Source of the DNA: a bacterium
GTDB lineage: Bacteria; Patescibacteriota; Patescibacteriia; HK-STAS-PATE-3
NCBI GenBank assembly: GCA_043800725.1
Contig: JAZDMR010000024.1
Coordinates: 1-53,838, forward strand
Direction: 5' to 3'
Length of the DNA: 53,838 nucleotides
Shown here: one piece after another, positions 27,688 to 38,325 of the stretch
Position numbering within the stretch: the first letter of the stretch is position 1
Layout of the letters: each line of letters begins with the position of its first letter
The notes under the pieces: model-generated
The model's database searches: none
Told to the model about the DNA's origin: nothing
What the model saw: the letters and a program-made list of their open reading frames with translations, nothing else
Translations under genes and position numbers: made by a program

Positions 27688-28326
27688 TTATTTAGACACG
27701 AGAGTCTTGTCTATTACTGCTAAGGAAGTCTTGGCCATTAATAATTTGCCGGCCTGAAGAGTATCTACTACGTTTAAACTGTCAGCTCGAGCTACTGAGA
27801 CTTTTTCTAAATTCTTGCACATTCTTTTTAGGTCAGCATTGTTAGCGGACGGCACTATCAATACCCGACCGGCCAATTTATGTTTCTTTAAATAATCTGA
27901 CAATGTTTTGGTTTTGACTGGAGTTAAATCCAGACTGTCTACTAAATAAATTTTTTGCTCGGCCAGTTTCGCGGATAAGACCATGGCTAAAGCTTTGCGC
28001 TTAGCCTTGATATTAATTTTTTTTGAAAAATTACGGGTATTGCGGGGACCAAAGGTCACACCGCCGCCGATCCAAATCGGCGATCGACTGGAGCCATGTC
28101 GAGCTCGGCCCGTGCCTTTTTGCTTCCAAGGTTTGGCGCCGCCGCCTCGGACATCGGCTCGCGTTTTGGTATGTGCGATCGGGGCGCGCTTATTCGACTG
28201 CTGAATTGTCACGGTTTGATGCACTAAATCATTGTTCCATTTGATATCAAACACCTTAGGATTAACTTTTACAGTTTCCGTTTGCTTGCCTTCTGCATCG
28301 TGTACTGATAGTTCTAATTTGGCCAT
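27688..28326 (-). CDS. rplD: 50S ribosomal protein L4
   Basis: KPWKQKGTGRARHGS, GGGVTFGP. Confidence 0.98.
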   Translation of the reverse strand: MAKLELSVHDAEGKQTETVKVNPKVFDIKWNNDLVHQTVTIQQSNKRAPIAHTKTRADVRGGGAKPWKQKGTGRARHGSSRSPIWIGGGVTFGPRNTRNFSKKINIKAKRKALAMVLSAKLAEQKIYLVDSLDLTPVKTKTLSDYLKKHKLAGRVLIVPSANNADLKRMCKNLEKVSVARADSLNVVDTLQAGKLLMAKTSLAVIDKTLVSK

Positions 28327-28679
28327 TAGTCTATGTCCTCTTCTTCTATGGGGTCAGTTTTAATTAAAAATATCTTTTTTTTAAATCCGCCTCGTTCATT
28401 GCGTTTCTTTTCCTGCAAATCGATCAGCTCGCTGTGGCGGAAACCATGGAATTTTTCCATAGCGTACAAAACTTCGTATAAATCAATTATTTCATTTTTT
28501 ATGGCATTCTCATCAGGAGCATTTACTAGTTCTTTTGCCTCTTCAACAAGTTTTTCATTTAACGCTTTGACATAATCAATATCATCCAGGATTTTCACTT
28601 CCGCCCGCATGCCATCTTCTTTGACGATCTCAGGGATAAAGTCGCGCACTAATTTGTTGTAAGTAATGCTTTTACCCAT
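28326..28679 (-). CDS. MazG-like nucleoside triphosphate pyrophosphohydrolase
   Basis: YNKLVRD.IP, KLVEEA.E, EIIDLYEV, KR.ERGGF; start placed at ATG 28679 overlapping the rplC end. Confidence 0.85.
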   Translation of the reverse strand: MGKSITYNKLVRDFIPEIVKEDGMRAEVKILDDIDYVKALNEKLVEEAKELVNAPDENAIKNEIIDLYEVLYAMEKFHGFRHSELIDLQEKKRNERGGFKKKIFLIKTDPIEEEDID

Positions 28680-29424
28680 TGCCAACCTCTGGTTTGCTGT
28701 CTGCCTTAGGCGCAGATTCTTTTTTAAGCTGATCAACGTACTGTTCTTTCTCGGGCTTTTTCTTGGCTTTAGTTTTTTCCTCAGCAACTACTTCTTCCTT
28801 AACCGGCTCGGGCATGTCGCCAGCGCCAGTAATAATTACCAGGCCATTGCGAGCGCCAGGTACAGCTCCGGCTACTAAAAGCTCATTGTCAGCTTCGTTT
28901 ACTCCTACGATTTCTAAATTATCAGTAGTATCTTTGATATTGCCGTGCCGGCCAGCCATGCGCCGGCCCTTGAAAACGCGAGCCGCATCTGTAGCGCCGA
29001 TCGAACCGGGCATTCTAAGCTGATCTTTATGTCCGTGGGTCTTGGGGCTGCCTTTGAAATGATGGCGCTTAACCACGCCGGTAAAGCCGCGGCCCTTGGA
29101 CCAGCCCGATACTTTTACCTTGTCGCCCGGCTGAAAAGCATTAACAGTAAATTTCTGGCCTCGTTCAAACTTGCTGGCATCTTCGACAATAAATTCCTTA
29201 AATCGATTTAATTTACCCAAATCTTTGGTGTGCCCAACTTGGGCTTTGGCGATTTTCTTGGAACCCACGGTGCCTACCTGGACTGCCGCATAACCGTCTT
29301 TGGTCTGGTTCTTGACCTGGGTAACTATCAGGGGCTCAGCCTGGACATGAGTCACCGCCACCTTGCGACCGTCTGGTCGCCAGCGTTGGGACATTCCGAG
29401 TTTTTTACCGAGGATGAATTTCAT
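28672..29424 (-). CDS. rplC: 50S ribosomal protein L3 with C-terminal extension
   Basis: GKKLGM, SKGRGF.G.VKRH, PGSIG, GAVPG. Confidence 0.98.
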   Translation of the reverse strand: MKFILGKKLGMSQRWRPDGRKVAVTHVQAEPLIVTQVKNQTKDGYAAVQVGTVGSKKIAKAQVGHTKDLGKLNRFKEFIVEDASKFERGQKFTVNAFQPGDKVKVSGWSKGRGFTGVVKRHHFKGSPKTHGHKDQLRMPGSIGATDAARVFKGRRMAGRHGNIKDTTDNLEIVGVNEADNELLVAGAVPGARNGLVIITGAGDMPEPVKEEVVAEEKTKAKKKPEKEQYVDQLKKESAPKADSKPEVGNG

Positions 29425-29682
29425 GTGTCTATAAGCTGATTAAACTAAACAAAAAAACCGTTGAGCTGCCAATTCGCTTTTTAGGGGACTTATGGCCATG
29501 CCACGGTATGAAAAGCGTCATTTAGCAAAAGGTTATCTCGGGATTATCGCTTTTTGGCCATGACAGGTATTGTCATCCCGAGAACGCATTTACCAATTAA
29601 GGTTGTTATGCGAGATATGATGTAAGGTAATCGACAATTGACTGATAATTATTGACGATATACTGAGTGAATAACATAATGT

Positions 29683-30039
29683 TTACATTTTTATTTCTAT
29701 GTCCACGCCAGCCGGCAGGCTCAGACTCATCAGAGAATCAACAGTCTTTGGTGTGGGGTCAAGAATATCGAGAAGTCTTTTATGAACTCGCATCTCATAC
29801 TGATCGCGGGCGTTTTTATGCACAAACGTAGAACGTAAAACCGTATATTTGGTCTTTTCGGTGGGCAGAGGCACGGGGCCTTTTACCCGAGCGCCGGTTT
29901 TCTCAGCTGTTTCAATAATTGTCCGCGTTGATTGATCAACAATTTTGTGATCATAGGCGCGAATTTTAATACGAATCCGCTGTGAACCGACTTCTGTCTC
30001 GGTTTCTGCTGTCTTGGCTGGCTTCTTGATATCCGCCAT
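29683..30039 (-). CDS. rpsJ: 30S ribosomal protein S10
   Basis: [21 protein letters not shown]. Confidence 0.98.
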   Translation of the reverse strand: MADIKKPAKTAETETEVGSQRIRIKIRAYDHKIVDQSTRTIIETAEKTGARVKGPVPLPTEKTKYTVLRSTFVHKNARDQYEMRVHKRLLDILDPTPKTVDSLMSLSLPAGVDIEIKM

Positions 30040-30112
30040 AACTTGAAGGTTGCGATTGAATGATCAGTTTATAAGAAATCCCTTAAGGCGTGACCCAAAG
30101 GGCTTAGGTGAA

Positions 30113-31297
30113 TTATTTAATAATTTTTGTTACCACTCCCGCTCCGACAGTATGTCCGCCTTCTCGGATAGCAAAACGCTGCTTCTCTTCCAGGGCGATT
30201 GGATCGGTCAGGGTAATTTTTAGATTAACAGTATCTCCGGGCATAACCATTTCAGTTCCTTCTGGTAACATCACTTCACCGGTCACGTCAGTAGTTCGAA
30301 TATAGAACTGGGGCTTGTAGCCCTTGAAAAACGGGGTATGGCGGCCGCCTTCATCCTTGGTCAGGATATAAACTTCGCTGTCAAATTCGGTATGAGGAGT
30401 AATCGTGCCTGGCTTGGCCATAACCTGTCCTCGTTCCACATCTTCTTTTTTCGTGCCTCGAAGCAATAAACCGGCATTATCGCCAGCCTGACCCTGATTC
30501 AGAGTTTTATTGAACATTTCCACTCCAGTGACGATTGTTTTGGATGTTTCTCTGATCCCGACAATTTCAATTTCTTCATTGACTTTGACAGTTCCTCTTT
30601 CAATACGGCCGGTAACCACTGTCCCGCGGCCTTCAATTGAGAAAATATCTTCAATCGGCATTAAGAAATCTTTGTCAATATCACGCTTTGGTTCAGGAAT
30701 ATACTCATCTATCGCCTTCATTAAATCATTAATTGATTTAACAGCCTCTTCATCGCCTTCCAAAGCCTTTAAAGCGGAACCGCGGATTATCGGCACTTCA
30801 TCGCCAGGGTATTTGTACTTTTTTAGCAAATCTCGAATTTCAACCTCAACCAGTTCAATTAATTCTTTATCCTGAACTTGGTCGATTTTATTCAAATAAA
30901 CCACAATATGGGGCACACCCACCTGATAAGCCAGTAAAATATGTTCGCGGGTCTGAGGCATCGGGCCGTCAGTGGCGGAAACAACCAAAATAGCGCCGTC
31001 CATCTGAGCGGCTCCAGTGATCATATTTTTAACATAATCAGCGTGTCCCGGGCAGTCTACGTGGGCATAGTGGCATTTTTCAGTCTCATACTCAACATGA
31101 GTTGTAGCAATGGTAATACCGCGAGCCTTTTCTTCTGGCGCATTGTCGATTTCATCCACTGTTTTGGATTGGGATTTCATGCCCTGATCGCTTAAAACCT
31201 TTAAAATCGCGGCCGTTAGGGTGGTTTTACCATGATCTACGTGACCAATAGTACCAATATTCTTGTGTGGTTTATTTCGTTCAAATATCTCTGCCAT
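30113..31297 (-). CDS. tuf: elongation factor Tu
   Basis: [21 protein letters not shown]. Confidence 0.99.
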   Translation of the reverse strand: MAEIFERNKPHKNIGTIGHVDHGKTTLTAAILKVLSDQGMKSQSKTVDEIDNAPEEKARGITIATTHVEYETEKCHYAHVDCPGHADYVKNMITGAAQMDGAILVVSATDGPMPQTREHILLAYQVGVPHIVVYLNKIDQVQDKELIELVEVEIRDLLKKYKYPGDEVPIIRGSALKALEGDEEAVKSINDLMKAIDEYIPEPKRDIDKDFLMPIEDIFSIEGRGTVVTGRIERGTVKVNEEIEIVGIRETSKTIVTGVEMFNKTLNQGQAGDNAGLLLRGTKKEDVERGQVMAKPGTITPHTEFDSEVYILTKDEGGRHTPFFKGYKPQFYIRTTDVTGEVMLPEGTEMVMPGDTVNLKITLTDPIALEEKQRFAIREGGHTVGAGVVTKIIK

Positions 31298-31369
31298 ATT
31301 GAATTATTTCCTAAAAATTAGAATATTTAATTAGTTATAAACGCATTCCTTAAGTAGAATGCACTCGCG

Positions 31370-31398
31370 AGTATAGCAGTAGAGTCTTAGATTTGCAA
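31370..31398 (-). promoter_or_regulatory. tuf promoter
   Basis: TTGCAA-17 nt-TATACT with extended TG. Confidence 0.6.
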
Positions 31399-31490
31399 GG
31401 GTTAAAAGGTAGATATTAAAAAGGTGTAATATTTGGCTAATATTAGCTTATTTATAAAATTTTGCATAAACACTTGGCAATGTGGAAAAG

Positions 31491-32834
31491 TTAACTTGAA
31501 ACCCCTAAGAATAAGCGAAATGAATCACCCACGCTGTTTAACCCCGTGCCTTCGCTTAACATCGACTGACTAACCAGCTGATAAGTGCTGTTTGATTCAA
31601 TTTCATAAGAAAAGATAGTATATTCGCCTGTTCCTTCATAATCCACTGTTTCAAACATGAAAAAACGACTGTCTGGGCTCCAGGATAAAAAATTACCTTC
31701 ATTAGTCAGTCTTGTTAACGTGTCTGCCTGAATATCCCATAATACCAGCCCGGGATTTTTTTGATCCATTGATTCAAACATAATCAACCGCCCATTAGGA
31801 CTCAAAGGATCAGCAAGCGGATTAAGGGGTATCCCTAGGCCAGTTTGTTCGGTCCAATTCGATAACTGTCCGTCATTTAAATCTATCTTGGCAAACATTA
31901 TTTTGGGCAGATCAATTGCTGGATCAGTCAAGCTGGCACTATCAAATAAATCAACCAGAGCAAATCCTTGATCAGGATACACGCCAATCAAGGTATAATA
32001 CTTGTCAGCTTCAGGCTCGCCCTTGTCTTGGAAGAAGGGGGTTGCCATATTATCAGCCAATAATACGCGGAATAAGGCATAAGCCGTAGCGGGATTCTGA
32101 TCATCCAATAAAGCTTGAACAAATAATTCACTGCTATCTTGATTAAAAGCCCACGGCCTAATAACTGGGAACTGCAAGTCATCAATCCAAAAATCAGAAT
32201 TGGCAATTGTCGTCCGATTATTATCTGCCAGATTAACAATTATTAAATCATCACCGCCGATTTCATTGTCACTTATTTCTACAAAGGATAACTTGGTGCG
32301 ATCCTGGCTGTAAACAGATCCTTGAAAACGGAACGGCGGAATTACTTGATCAACCGGCTGTCCCTGGAAATCAATTAATCGATCCTGGCTGGAATCCGTT
32401 TCATGATAAATGGCTATTCGATCTTTATCTAATAAAACAATCGGCTCATACGCCAATTGATCTGTTTCGTAAAACTTAAACTTTTTAGCTCCGGTAAAAT
32501 CTGTCAGATAAAAAGTATACTGATATTTATTATTCCCCTGTCCATCTACCTCAATCACTTCTCGATCAGCCATGACCACCCGGCTTTCGGAAATATCAGC
32601 AACGCCTTTTACCTCTTCCGTGGTGACAGTCACTTGTTCAGACTCTAAGAAAGGCAGGCTGGCCACTACCGAGGCTTGATTATCTTGATCTCGATAAATC
32701 AAGAACGCGCCTCCGACAATAATTACCACTAACAGCAGCCCAACCCAAATTCGTCCGGCGCTGAATCTACTTATATTGCTCTTTGATATATGTCTCCCGT
32801 AGGAAGAGTGCTGGTTGCTTAGCCCCTGGTCCAT
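31491..32834 (-). CDS. hypothetical membrane-anchored beta-propeller (TolB/PD40-like) protein
   Basis: N-terminal TM; repeats YSQDRT, LSPNGR, WSPDSR; acidic. Confidence 0.7.
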   Translation of the reverse strand: MDQGLSNQHSSYGRHISKSNISRFSAGRIWVGLLLVVIIVGGAFLIYRDQDNQASVVASLPFLESEQVTVTTEEVKGVADISESRVVMADREVIEVDGQGNNKYQYTFYLTDFTGAKKFKFYETDQLAYEPIVLLDKDRIAIYHETDSSQDRLIDFQGQPVDQVIPPFRFQGSVYSQDRTKLSFVEISDNEIGGDDLIIVNLADNNRTTIANSDFWIDDLQFPVIRPWAFNQDSSELFVQALLDDQNPATAYALFRVLLADNMATPFFQDKGEPEADKYYTLIGVYPDQGFALVDLFDSASLTDPAIDLPKIMFAKIDLNDGQLSNWTEQTGLGIPLNPLADPLSPNGRLIMFESMDQKNPGLVLWDIQADTLTRLTNEGNFLSWSPDSRFFMFETVDYEGTGEYTIFSYEIESNSTYQLVSQSMLSEGTGLNSVGDSFRLFLGVSS

Positions 32835-32853
32835 TATTGAATTATTTTAATAA

Positions 32854-34941
32854 TTATTTAACCTGGGCTTTTTCTTTACTGCCCTTGATTTCCTCGGCTA
32901 CGTGGCTAGGCACAATAGCATAGTGGGAGAATTCCATTGAATAGGAGGCGCGGCCCTGGGTCATTGAGCGCAAAGAAGTAGCATAACCGAACATTTCCGC
33001 CAGGGGCGTTTCCGCATCAATAATTTTTTGGCTGCCACGATCGCGCATTTCATTTATAGTAGAGCGCTTAGCATTAAGATCGCCGATTACATCGCCCATG
33101 AACTGCTCCGGAGTCACAACTTCAATTTTCATAACCGGCTCCAGCAGCACGGGCTTGGCTTTGCTTACCGCGTCTTTCAGTCCCATCGAACCGGCAATTT
33201 TAAAAGCCGCTTCAGATGAGTCAACTTCATGATAGCTGCCGTCATAAACAGTCACTGATAAATCAACCAGAGGATAGCCGGCCACTACACCATTATCAGC
33301 CGCTCCCCGAATACCCTTTTCAATGGCTGGCACGTATTCTCTGGGAATATTGCCGCCTTTAATCTTGTCAATAAACTCAACATCGGTCCCGCGTTCCTTC
33401 GGCGCTACCCGCAAGAAACAATGACCATACTGTCCGCGTCCGCCTGACTGTCGTATGTATTTGCCTTCGCCTTGGGCTTCAGCAGTAATAGTCTCACGAT
33501 AAGCCACCTGGGGCTTGCCTACGTTGGCTCCTACTTTAAACTCGCGCTTCATGCGATCGACAAGAATATCCAAGTGAAGCTCGCCCATGCCCGAGATAAC
33601 TGTCTGGCCCGTTTCCGCGTCCGACTTGACTATGAAGGTCGGGTCTTCTTCACTTAATCGAGTCAAAGCCATGCCCATTTTTTCCTGATCTATCTTGGTC
33701 TTTGGCTCAATAGCCACGGAAATAACCGGAGCCGGAAAAGTGATTGATTCCAAAACAATGGGGTTATCTTTTTCGCAGATGGTGTCGCCGGTCCGGGTGC
33801 CTTTTAAGCCTACCGCTGCGGCAATATCTCCGGCATAAACTTCACTTATTTCTTCGCGATGATTTGCATACATCCGCACGATTCGTCCGACTCGTTCGTT
33901 GTCCTGAGTAGCTGGATTAAAAACATATGAGCCGGCTTTCAAGGTGCCGGAATAAACCCGGAAAAAAATCAGCTTGCCGACAAACGGATCAGCGGCAACT
34001 TTAAAAGCCAAAGCCGATAACGGAGCGTCGTCTTCAGTCGCACGCTCAATTTCCTCTTCGGTCTTGGGGTCCAAGCCTTTGACCGGCGGAACGTCAATCG
34101 GCGAAGGCAAATAGTCATTAATCCCGTCCATGAGAAACTGCACGCCCTTATTTTTTAAAGCTGAGCCAACAAAAACTGGTACTAGCTTATTATTAATGCA
34201 GGCCTGTCGCAAAACCTTTTTTAACTCTTCAATCGGCGGTTCTTTGCCTTCCAAATACTGGTTCAGCATTGATTCATCATTTTCCACAATCGCTTCAATC
34301 AGCTGATGGCGGTATTTTTCAACTTTCTCTTTCAGGTCTTCCGGAACTTCCTCTTCTTTCCATTCTTTCCCCATTTCATCGGTGTAAATCGTGGCTGTGC
34401 GAGTAAATAGATCAACCACGCCCAGAAAAGATTCGGCCGAGCCAATCGGCAATTGAACCGGATGAGCCCGCTTAGTTAAGCGTTCATGGATTGAATCAAG
34501 GTCCGAATAAAAGTCAGCGCCAATGCGATCCATTTTATTGATAAAGCAAATTCGAGGTACACCAAATTTTTCAGCTTGATTCCAAACAGTTTCTGATTGA
34601 GGCTCCACCCCAGCCACGCCGTCAAACACCACCACCCCCCCGTCCAGCACTCGCAAACTGCGCTGTACTTCGACTGTGAAATCAATATGCCCTGGAGTAT
34701 CGATTATATTAATGCGATGGCCTTTCCAAAAACAAGTAGTGGCGGCCGAGGTAATGGTAATGCCCCGTTCTCGCTCCTGCTCCATCCAGTCCATTTCCGC
34801 TTCGCCTTCGTGCACCTCGCCGATTTTATGCTTCTTTCCGGTGTAAAATAAAATCCGCTCGGTGACTGTAGTCTTGCCAGCGTCAATGTGCGCGATGATA
34901 CCGATATTTCTGTTCTTTCCTAAACTATATTCCCTAGGCAT
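32854..34941 (-). CDS. fusA: elongation factor G
   Basis: [25 protein letters not shown]. Confidence 0.99.
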   Translation of the reverse strand: MPREYSLGKNRNIGIIAHIDAGKTTVTERILFYTGKKHKIGEVHEGEAEMDWMEQERERGITITSAATTCFWKGHRINIIDTPGHIDFTVEVQRSLRVLDGGVVVFDGVAGVEPQSETVWNQAEKFGVPRICFINKMDRIGADFYSDLDSIHERLTKRAHPVQLPIGSAESFLGVVDLFTRTATIYTDEMGKEWKEEEVPEDLKEKVEKYRHQLIEAIVENDESMLNQYLEGKEPPIEELKKVLRQACINNKLVPVFVGSALKNKGVQFLMDGINDYLPSPIDVPPVKGLDPKTEEEIERATEDDAPLSALAFKVAADPFVGKLIFFRVYSGTLKAGSYVFNPATQDNERVGRIVRMYANHREEISEVYAGDIAAAVGLKGTRTGDTICEKDNPIVLESITFPAPVISVAIEPKTKIDQEKMGMALTRLSEEDPTFIVKSDAETGQTVISGMGELHLDILVDRMKREFKVGANVGKPQVAYRETITAEAQGEGKYIRQSGGRGQYGHCFLRVAPKERGTDVEFIDKIKGGNIPREYVPAIEKGIRGAADNGVVAGYPLVDLSVTVYDGSYHEVDSSEAAFKIAGSMGLKDAVSKAKPVLLEPVMKIEVVTPEQFMGDVIGDLNAKRSTINEMRDRGSQKIIDAETPLAEMFGYATSLRSMTQGRASYSMEFSHYAIVPSHVAEEIKGSKEKAQVK

Positions 34942-34955
34942 GTATTATTTAAAAA

Positions 34956-35357
34956 TTATACTACTTGTTTTTTAATCTCTTTATTAAGCTGGAGTAGCTG
35001 TTCAGTAGCTTCAACCAAGAATCTTTCGGCTTCATCTAGCTGATCTTCAGTGCCGTCAAATCCGTCAAGTATTCCCTGAACATGGTCAATCATATTTTCA
35101 AGAGAATAAGCAAGTATTGATTGGCCCATGGCTTCGACTGCATCAGTAATAGCCTGCTCAGTTATACCTTCAGCTTGTTCACGAAAACCCGCTGAATCAG
35201 CAATTTGTCCAATATTTGTTTCGATATCATCATTAACCTGGCCCAACTGGTCAAAGGCCGTTCTGATTCTCTGCAGTTTTTCTTTTGGATTCTCGTCCTT
35301 GTGTTGATCTCCGATTTTATCGTGTTTACCCAAGGAGTAGCTGCGTTCAATGCCCAT
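34956..35357 (-). CDS. hypothetical acidic helical protein with EF-G-like N-terminus
   Basis: ORF between rpsG and fusA; start placed at ATG 35357. Confidence 0.65.
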   Translation of the reverse strand: MGIERSYSLGKHDKIGDQHKDENPKEKLQRIRTAFDQLGQVNDDIETNIGQIADSAGFREQAEGITEQAITDAVEAMGQSILAYSLENMIDHVQGILDGFDGTEDQLDEAERFLVEATEQLLQLNKEIKKQVV

Positions 35358-35462
35358 ATGTTTAAGCAAAATAGGTAAAAACGCGACTGCCGGTCTGCCT
35401 TAGCGATTTAATTGTATTTGTACCTCGCAATAGAAATTTAACCATATTTTATTAAGGTTTAT

Positions 35463-35927
35463 TTAAGCAAAATGCGCAAAGGCGCGATTTGACTCAGCCA
35501 TGCGATGCACATCTTCGCGTTTTTTAATGGCTTCGCCTTCTTTTTTTGCCGCGGCCATTAATTCATCGGCTAGCTTATCCTGCATGGCTCTGCCCTTTTT
35601 CGCGCGGGCCGCACCGAGGATCCAGCGCATGGCCAGGGTGCTCTTTCGATCGCCGCGCACTTCAATCGGCACTTGGTAGTTGGCGCCACCAATTCTTTTT
35701 GATTTGACTTCCAGAACAGGCGCCACGTTGCGCAAAGCCAGATCAAAAGTTTCAATTGGGTCTTTCTGGGTTTTTTCCTTGATAATATCCAAGGCGCCGT
35801 AAACCACTCGGTTAGCCGTGCTTTTCTTGCCTCGGCGCATAACTTGATTTATAAATTTGGCCAAGACTACGTTTTGGAATCTTGATTCTGCTTCTATTTT
35901 CCTTTTAACAGCTCGTTTGTGTCTCAT
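35463..35927 (-). CDS. rpsG: 30S ribosomal protein S7
   Basis: GKKS.A, RIGGANYQVP, HRMAESNRAFAH. Confidence 0.98.
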   Translation of the reverse strand: MRHKRAVKRKIEAESRFQNVVLAKFINQVMRRGKKSTANRVVYGALDIIKEKTQKDPIETFDLALRNVAPVLEVKSKRIGGANYQVPIEVRGDRKSTLAMRWILGAARAKKGRAMQDKLADELMAAAKKEGEAIKKREDVHRMAESNRAFAHFA

Positions 35928-35938
35928 TTATATTAAAT

Positions 35939-36355
35939 CTATTTAGGTTTTTTAGTACCGTATAAGCTACGACTGCGCTTCCGCTCGGCCGTACCTTGGG
36001 TATCATAAACTCCGCGCACAATGTGATAACGTACGCCAGGCAAATCTTTAACCCGGCCGCCACGGATCAAAACCACTGAGTGCTCTTGCAGGTTGTGACC
36101 AATCCCCGGAATATAAGCGGTAACTTCCATGCCATTGGACAAACGGACCCGGGCGATCTTGCGAAGGGCCGAATTAGGCTTTTTCGGAGTGGTGGTAGTC
36201 ACTTTAACGCAAACTCCCCGTTTAAACGGACTGCCCTTTTTCAGAGCAGTGCGCTTCCTTTTTAAGGCATTTAACACCGTTTCTAAGGCAGGAGTCTTTG
36301 ACTTGCGTTTTTCGTTGGTTCGTCCTTTCCGGACTAACTGATTGACTGTGGGCAT
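35939..36355 (-). CDS. rpsL: 30S ribosomal protein S12
   Basis: [21 protein letters not shown]. Confidence 0.99.
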   Translation of the reverse strand: MPTVNQLVRKGRTNEKRKSKTPALETVLNALKRKRTALKKGSPFKRGVCVKVTTTTPKKPNSALRKIARVRLSNGMEVTAYIPGIGHNLQEHSVVLIRGGRVKDLPGVRYHIVRGVYDTQGTAERKRSRSLYGTKKPK

Positions 36356-36413
36356 TTAACTATGTAAATAAATGAAAATCGCTCGTACTGCGATATTTTT
36401 TGAATTCAAACGA

Positions 36414-36442
36414 AACGTACCACAAGCAAGCATTAGCGTCAA
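36414..36442 (-). promoter_or_regulatory. rpsL (str operon) promoter
   Basis: TTGACG-17 nt-TACGTT with extended TG. Confidence 0.55.
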
Positions 36443-36445
36443 CCC

Positions 36446-37072
36446 TTAAATTAGAGAAAAAATCATATCAGCCATACCGCTGAACAGGTAGCGTAAAAAT
36501 CCTATACCGGAAAAACGCTCCAAAATAATCAAACCCAGCAAGAGCATTGGGCCTATTTTTTCAAATCTAGCTTGCGATTCCGATGAAATATTGATAAAGC
36601 CGAATAATACCTTGGATCCATCAAGGGGCGGAATCGGGATAAGATTAAAAACCATTAATATGATATTTATCTGTACCAATGCTATTAAAAAGATGCTTAA
36701 TAGGTTGTTAGAACCCAAAGATGGGTAAAGTATCTTTAGCAATAAGCCGAAAAAGATAATCATTATTAAATTTGAAATCGGGCCGGCCGCAGCCACCAAG
36801 ACAGTACCCCAACGAGTATTTCTTAGATTAAATGGATTAAAGGGGGTGGGTTTGCCCCAGCCAAACCCGGCGATAAGCAGCAGGATAATGCCCAGCGGAT
36901 CAATATGAGCCAAAGGATTAAAAGTCAGCCGGCCCATGGACTTCGGGGTAGGGTCGCCCTGAATCGTGGCGGCAAAAGCATGGGCAAACTCATGTAAAGC
37001 AATCGGTATTATAATTGCCGCCAGCCAGATGATAAAAATTATTGGATTTTCAAATAATGTTTCTAAGATCAT
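36446..37072 (-). CDS. site-2 protease (M50 family)
   Basis: HEFAH, AGP.SN, NLIPIPPLDG. Confidence 0.95.
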   Translation of the reverse strand: MILETLFENPIIFIIWLAAIIIPIALHEFAHAFAATIQGDPTPKSMGRLTFNPLAHIDPLGIILLLIAGFGWGKPTPFNPFNLRNTRWGTVLVAAAGPISNLIMIIFFGLLLKILYPSLGSNNLLSIFLIALVQINIILMVFNLIPIPPLDGSKVLFGFINISSESQARFEKIGPMLLLGLIILERFSGIGFLRYLFSGMADMIFSLI

Positions 37073-37165
37073 GAATTTAAGTGATTCTTGACGATGATTG
37101 AATAAATTGCTAGTTTAGTTGGAGTTAACTAGTATAACTTAAGTTTAATTGTAACACCTCTACCT

Positions 37166-37339
37166 ATGGCCCGCACCTGTGCGATCTGTGGCCGCGGCGC
37201 GAATAATGCAGTCAGCCGAAGCCACTCGAAAGTTGCTACCAAGAGAAAACAGTATCTTAACCTGCAAACCATGATGGTAAAAGATAGGCGGATTAAGGCT
37301 TGCTCTTCATGTTTGCGCAATCATTCGCGCCAGTATTAG
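37166..37339 (+). CDS. rpmB: 50S ribosomal protein L28 (57 aa, below the ORF-track cutoff)
   Basis: Hand translation MARTCAICGRGANNAVSRSHSKVATKRKQYLNLQ...KACSSCLR. Confidence 0.93.
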   Translation: MARTCAICGRGANNAVSRSHSKVATKRKQYLNLQTMMVKDRRIKACSSCLRNHSRQY

Positions 37340-37433
37340 GCTCAGTTTCGACAAAATTTCTATGGAACGAATACGACCCTGACTATGGGGTCGCTTTGCT
37401 ATTGTAGCGAATTATCCCTTTATTAACAACTTT

Positions 37434-37461
37434 GCAGACGAGTAAACGTTTGCTCGCCTGC
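37434..37461. repeat. 28-bp imperfect palindrome, copy 1
   Basis: GCAGACGAGTAAACGTTTGCTCGCCTGC; related to 38468-38488. Confidence 0.7.
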
Positions 37462-37488
37462 ATGAAATGATTGTTGTATGATTAATTC

Positions 37489-38325
37489 ATGCGAATCAGA
37501 AAATCCACTGGCCAATACCAGCCATTTGATCTAAGAAAATACCAGCGTTCTTTGCGCAAATCCGGAGTTCCTACGGTCGAAATTAGCCGGCTGGCAAGCT
37601 TGGCAGCAAAAAGACAGGCTCAATTAAGCAGCACTAACCGCCTGGCCAGCTTTACTGAACAGCAATTAGCCCGCTCCCATAAAAAATCAGCCATGCGCTA
37701 CGGTCTGCGCCAGGCTATCATGCGCTTGGGCCCCACCGGCTTCCCCTTTGAGCAGTTTGTGGCCCGCGTGCTTAACCACTTAGGCTATCAAACCCAAACC
37801 GGAATCTTTATCCGGGGTTATTGTGTTTCTCATGAAGTCGATATCCTGGCTAATAAAGACGGCCAGCGACATTTTTTTGAATGCAAGTTTCACAACCGCC
37901 GAGGCATTAAAACCCACATCCAAACAGCACTCTATGTCAAAGCTCGCTTTGAAGACCTTGATCGCGGCTTCCGGGACCGGACCGATGAAAGCCGGCTGGC
38001 GCCCAAACTTAACGTCAGCCAGGCCTGGCTGGTGACTAATACCAAGTGCACCAGCGAAGCAGTCAAGTATGCGGCCTGTTCGGGCATAAATATCCTTAGC
38101 TGGGGTTACCCTCAAAATCAGGGATTGGAACGAATTATTGAAAAAAATAAGCTCTACCCGGTTACAGTTTTAATGAACCTGGATAATAATCTAAAAACCA
38201 GGCTGTTTAATCTAGGTATTATTACTATCCAGGATCTAATTAAATTTACTGATTGGAACAGTCTGAACAGGCAAGATGCTAACCGCATCAAACAGCTCCG
38301 CCAACAAGCTCTGATATTCAAATAG
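37489..38325 (+). CDS. ATP-cone-like domain fused to Mrr-like PD-(D/E)xK restriction endonuclease domain
   Basis: IRKSTG..QPFD..K N-terminus; LGPTGFPFE, HEVD, ECKFH, LVTNT. Confidence 0.8.
   Translation: MRIRKSTGQYQPFDLRKYQRSLRKSGVPTVEISRLASLAAKRQAQLSSTNRLASFTEQQLARSHKKSAMRYGLRQAIMRLGPTGFPFEQFVARVLNHLGYQTQTGIFIRGYCVSHEVDILANKDGQRHFFECKFHNRRGIKTHIQTALYVKARFEDLDRGFRDRTDESRLAPKLNVSQAWLVTNTKCTSEAVKYAACSGINILSWGYPQNQGLERIIEKNKLYPVTVLMNLDNNLKTRLFNLGIITIQDLIKFTDWNSLNRQDANRIKQLRQQALIFK

Noticed and set aside
28680-28787. 36-aa basic N-terminal extension on the MazG-like ORF
   Set aside because: Artefact of an upstream TTG inside rplC; family similarity begins at MGKSITYNKLVRD
16072-36341. Many short plus-strand ORFs opposite core genes
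   Set aside because: Antisense shadows of well-conserved genes with no recognisable motifs
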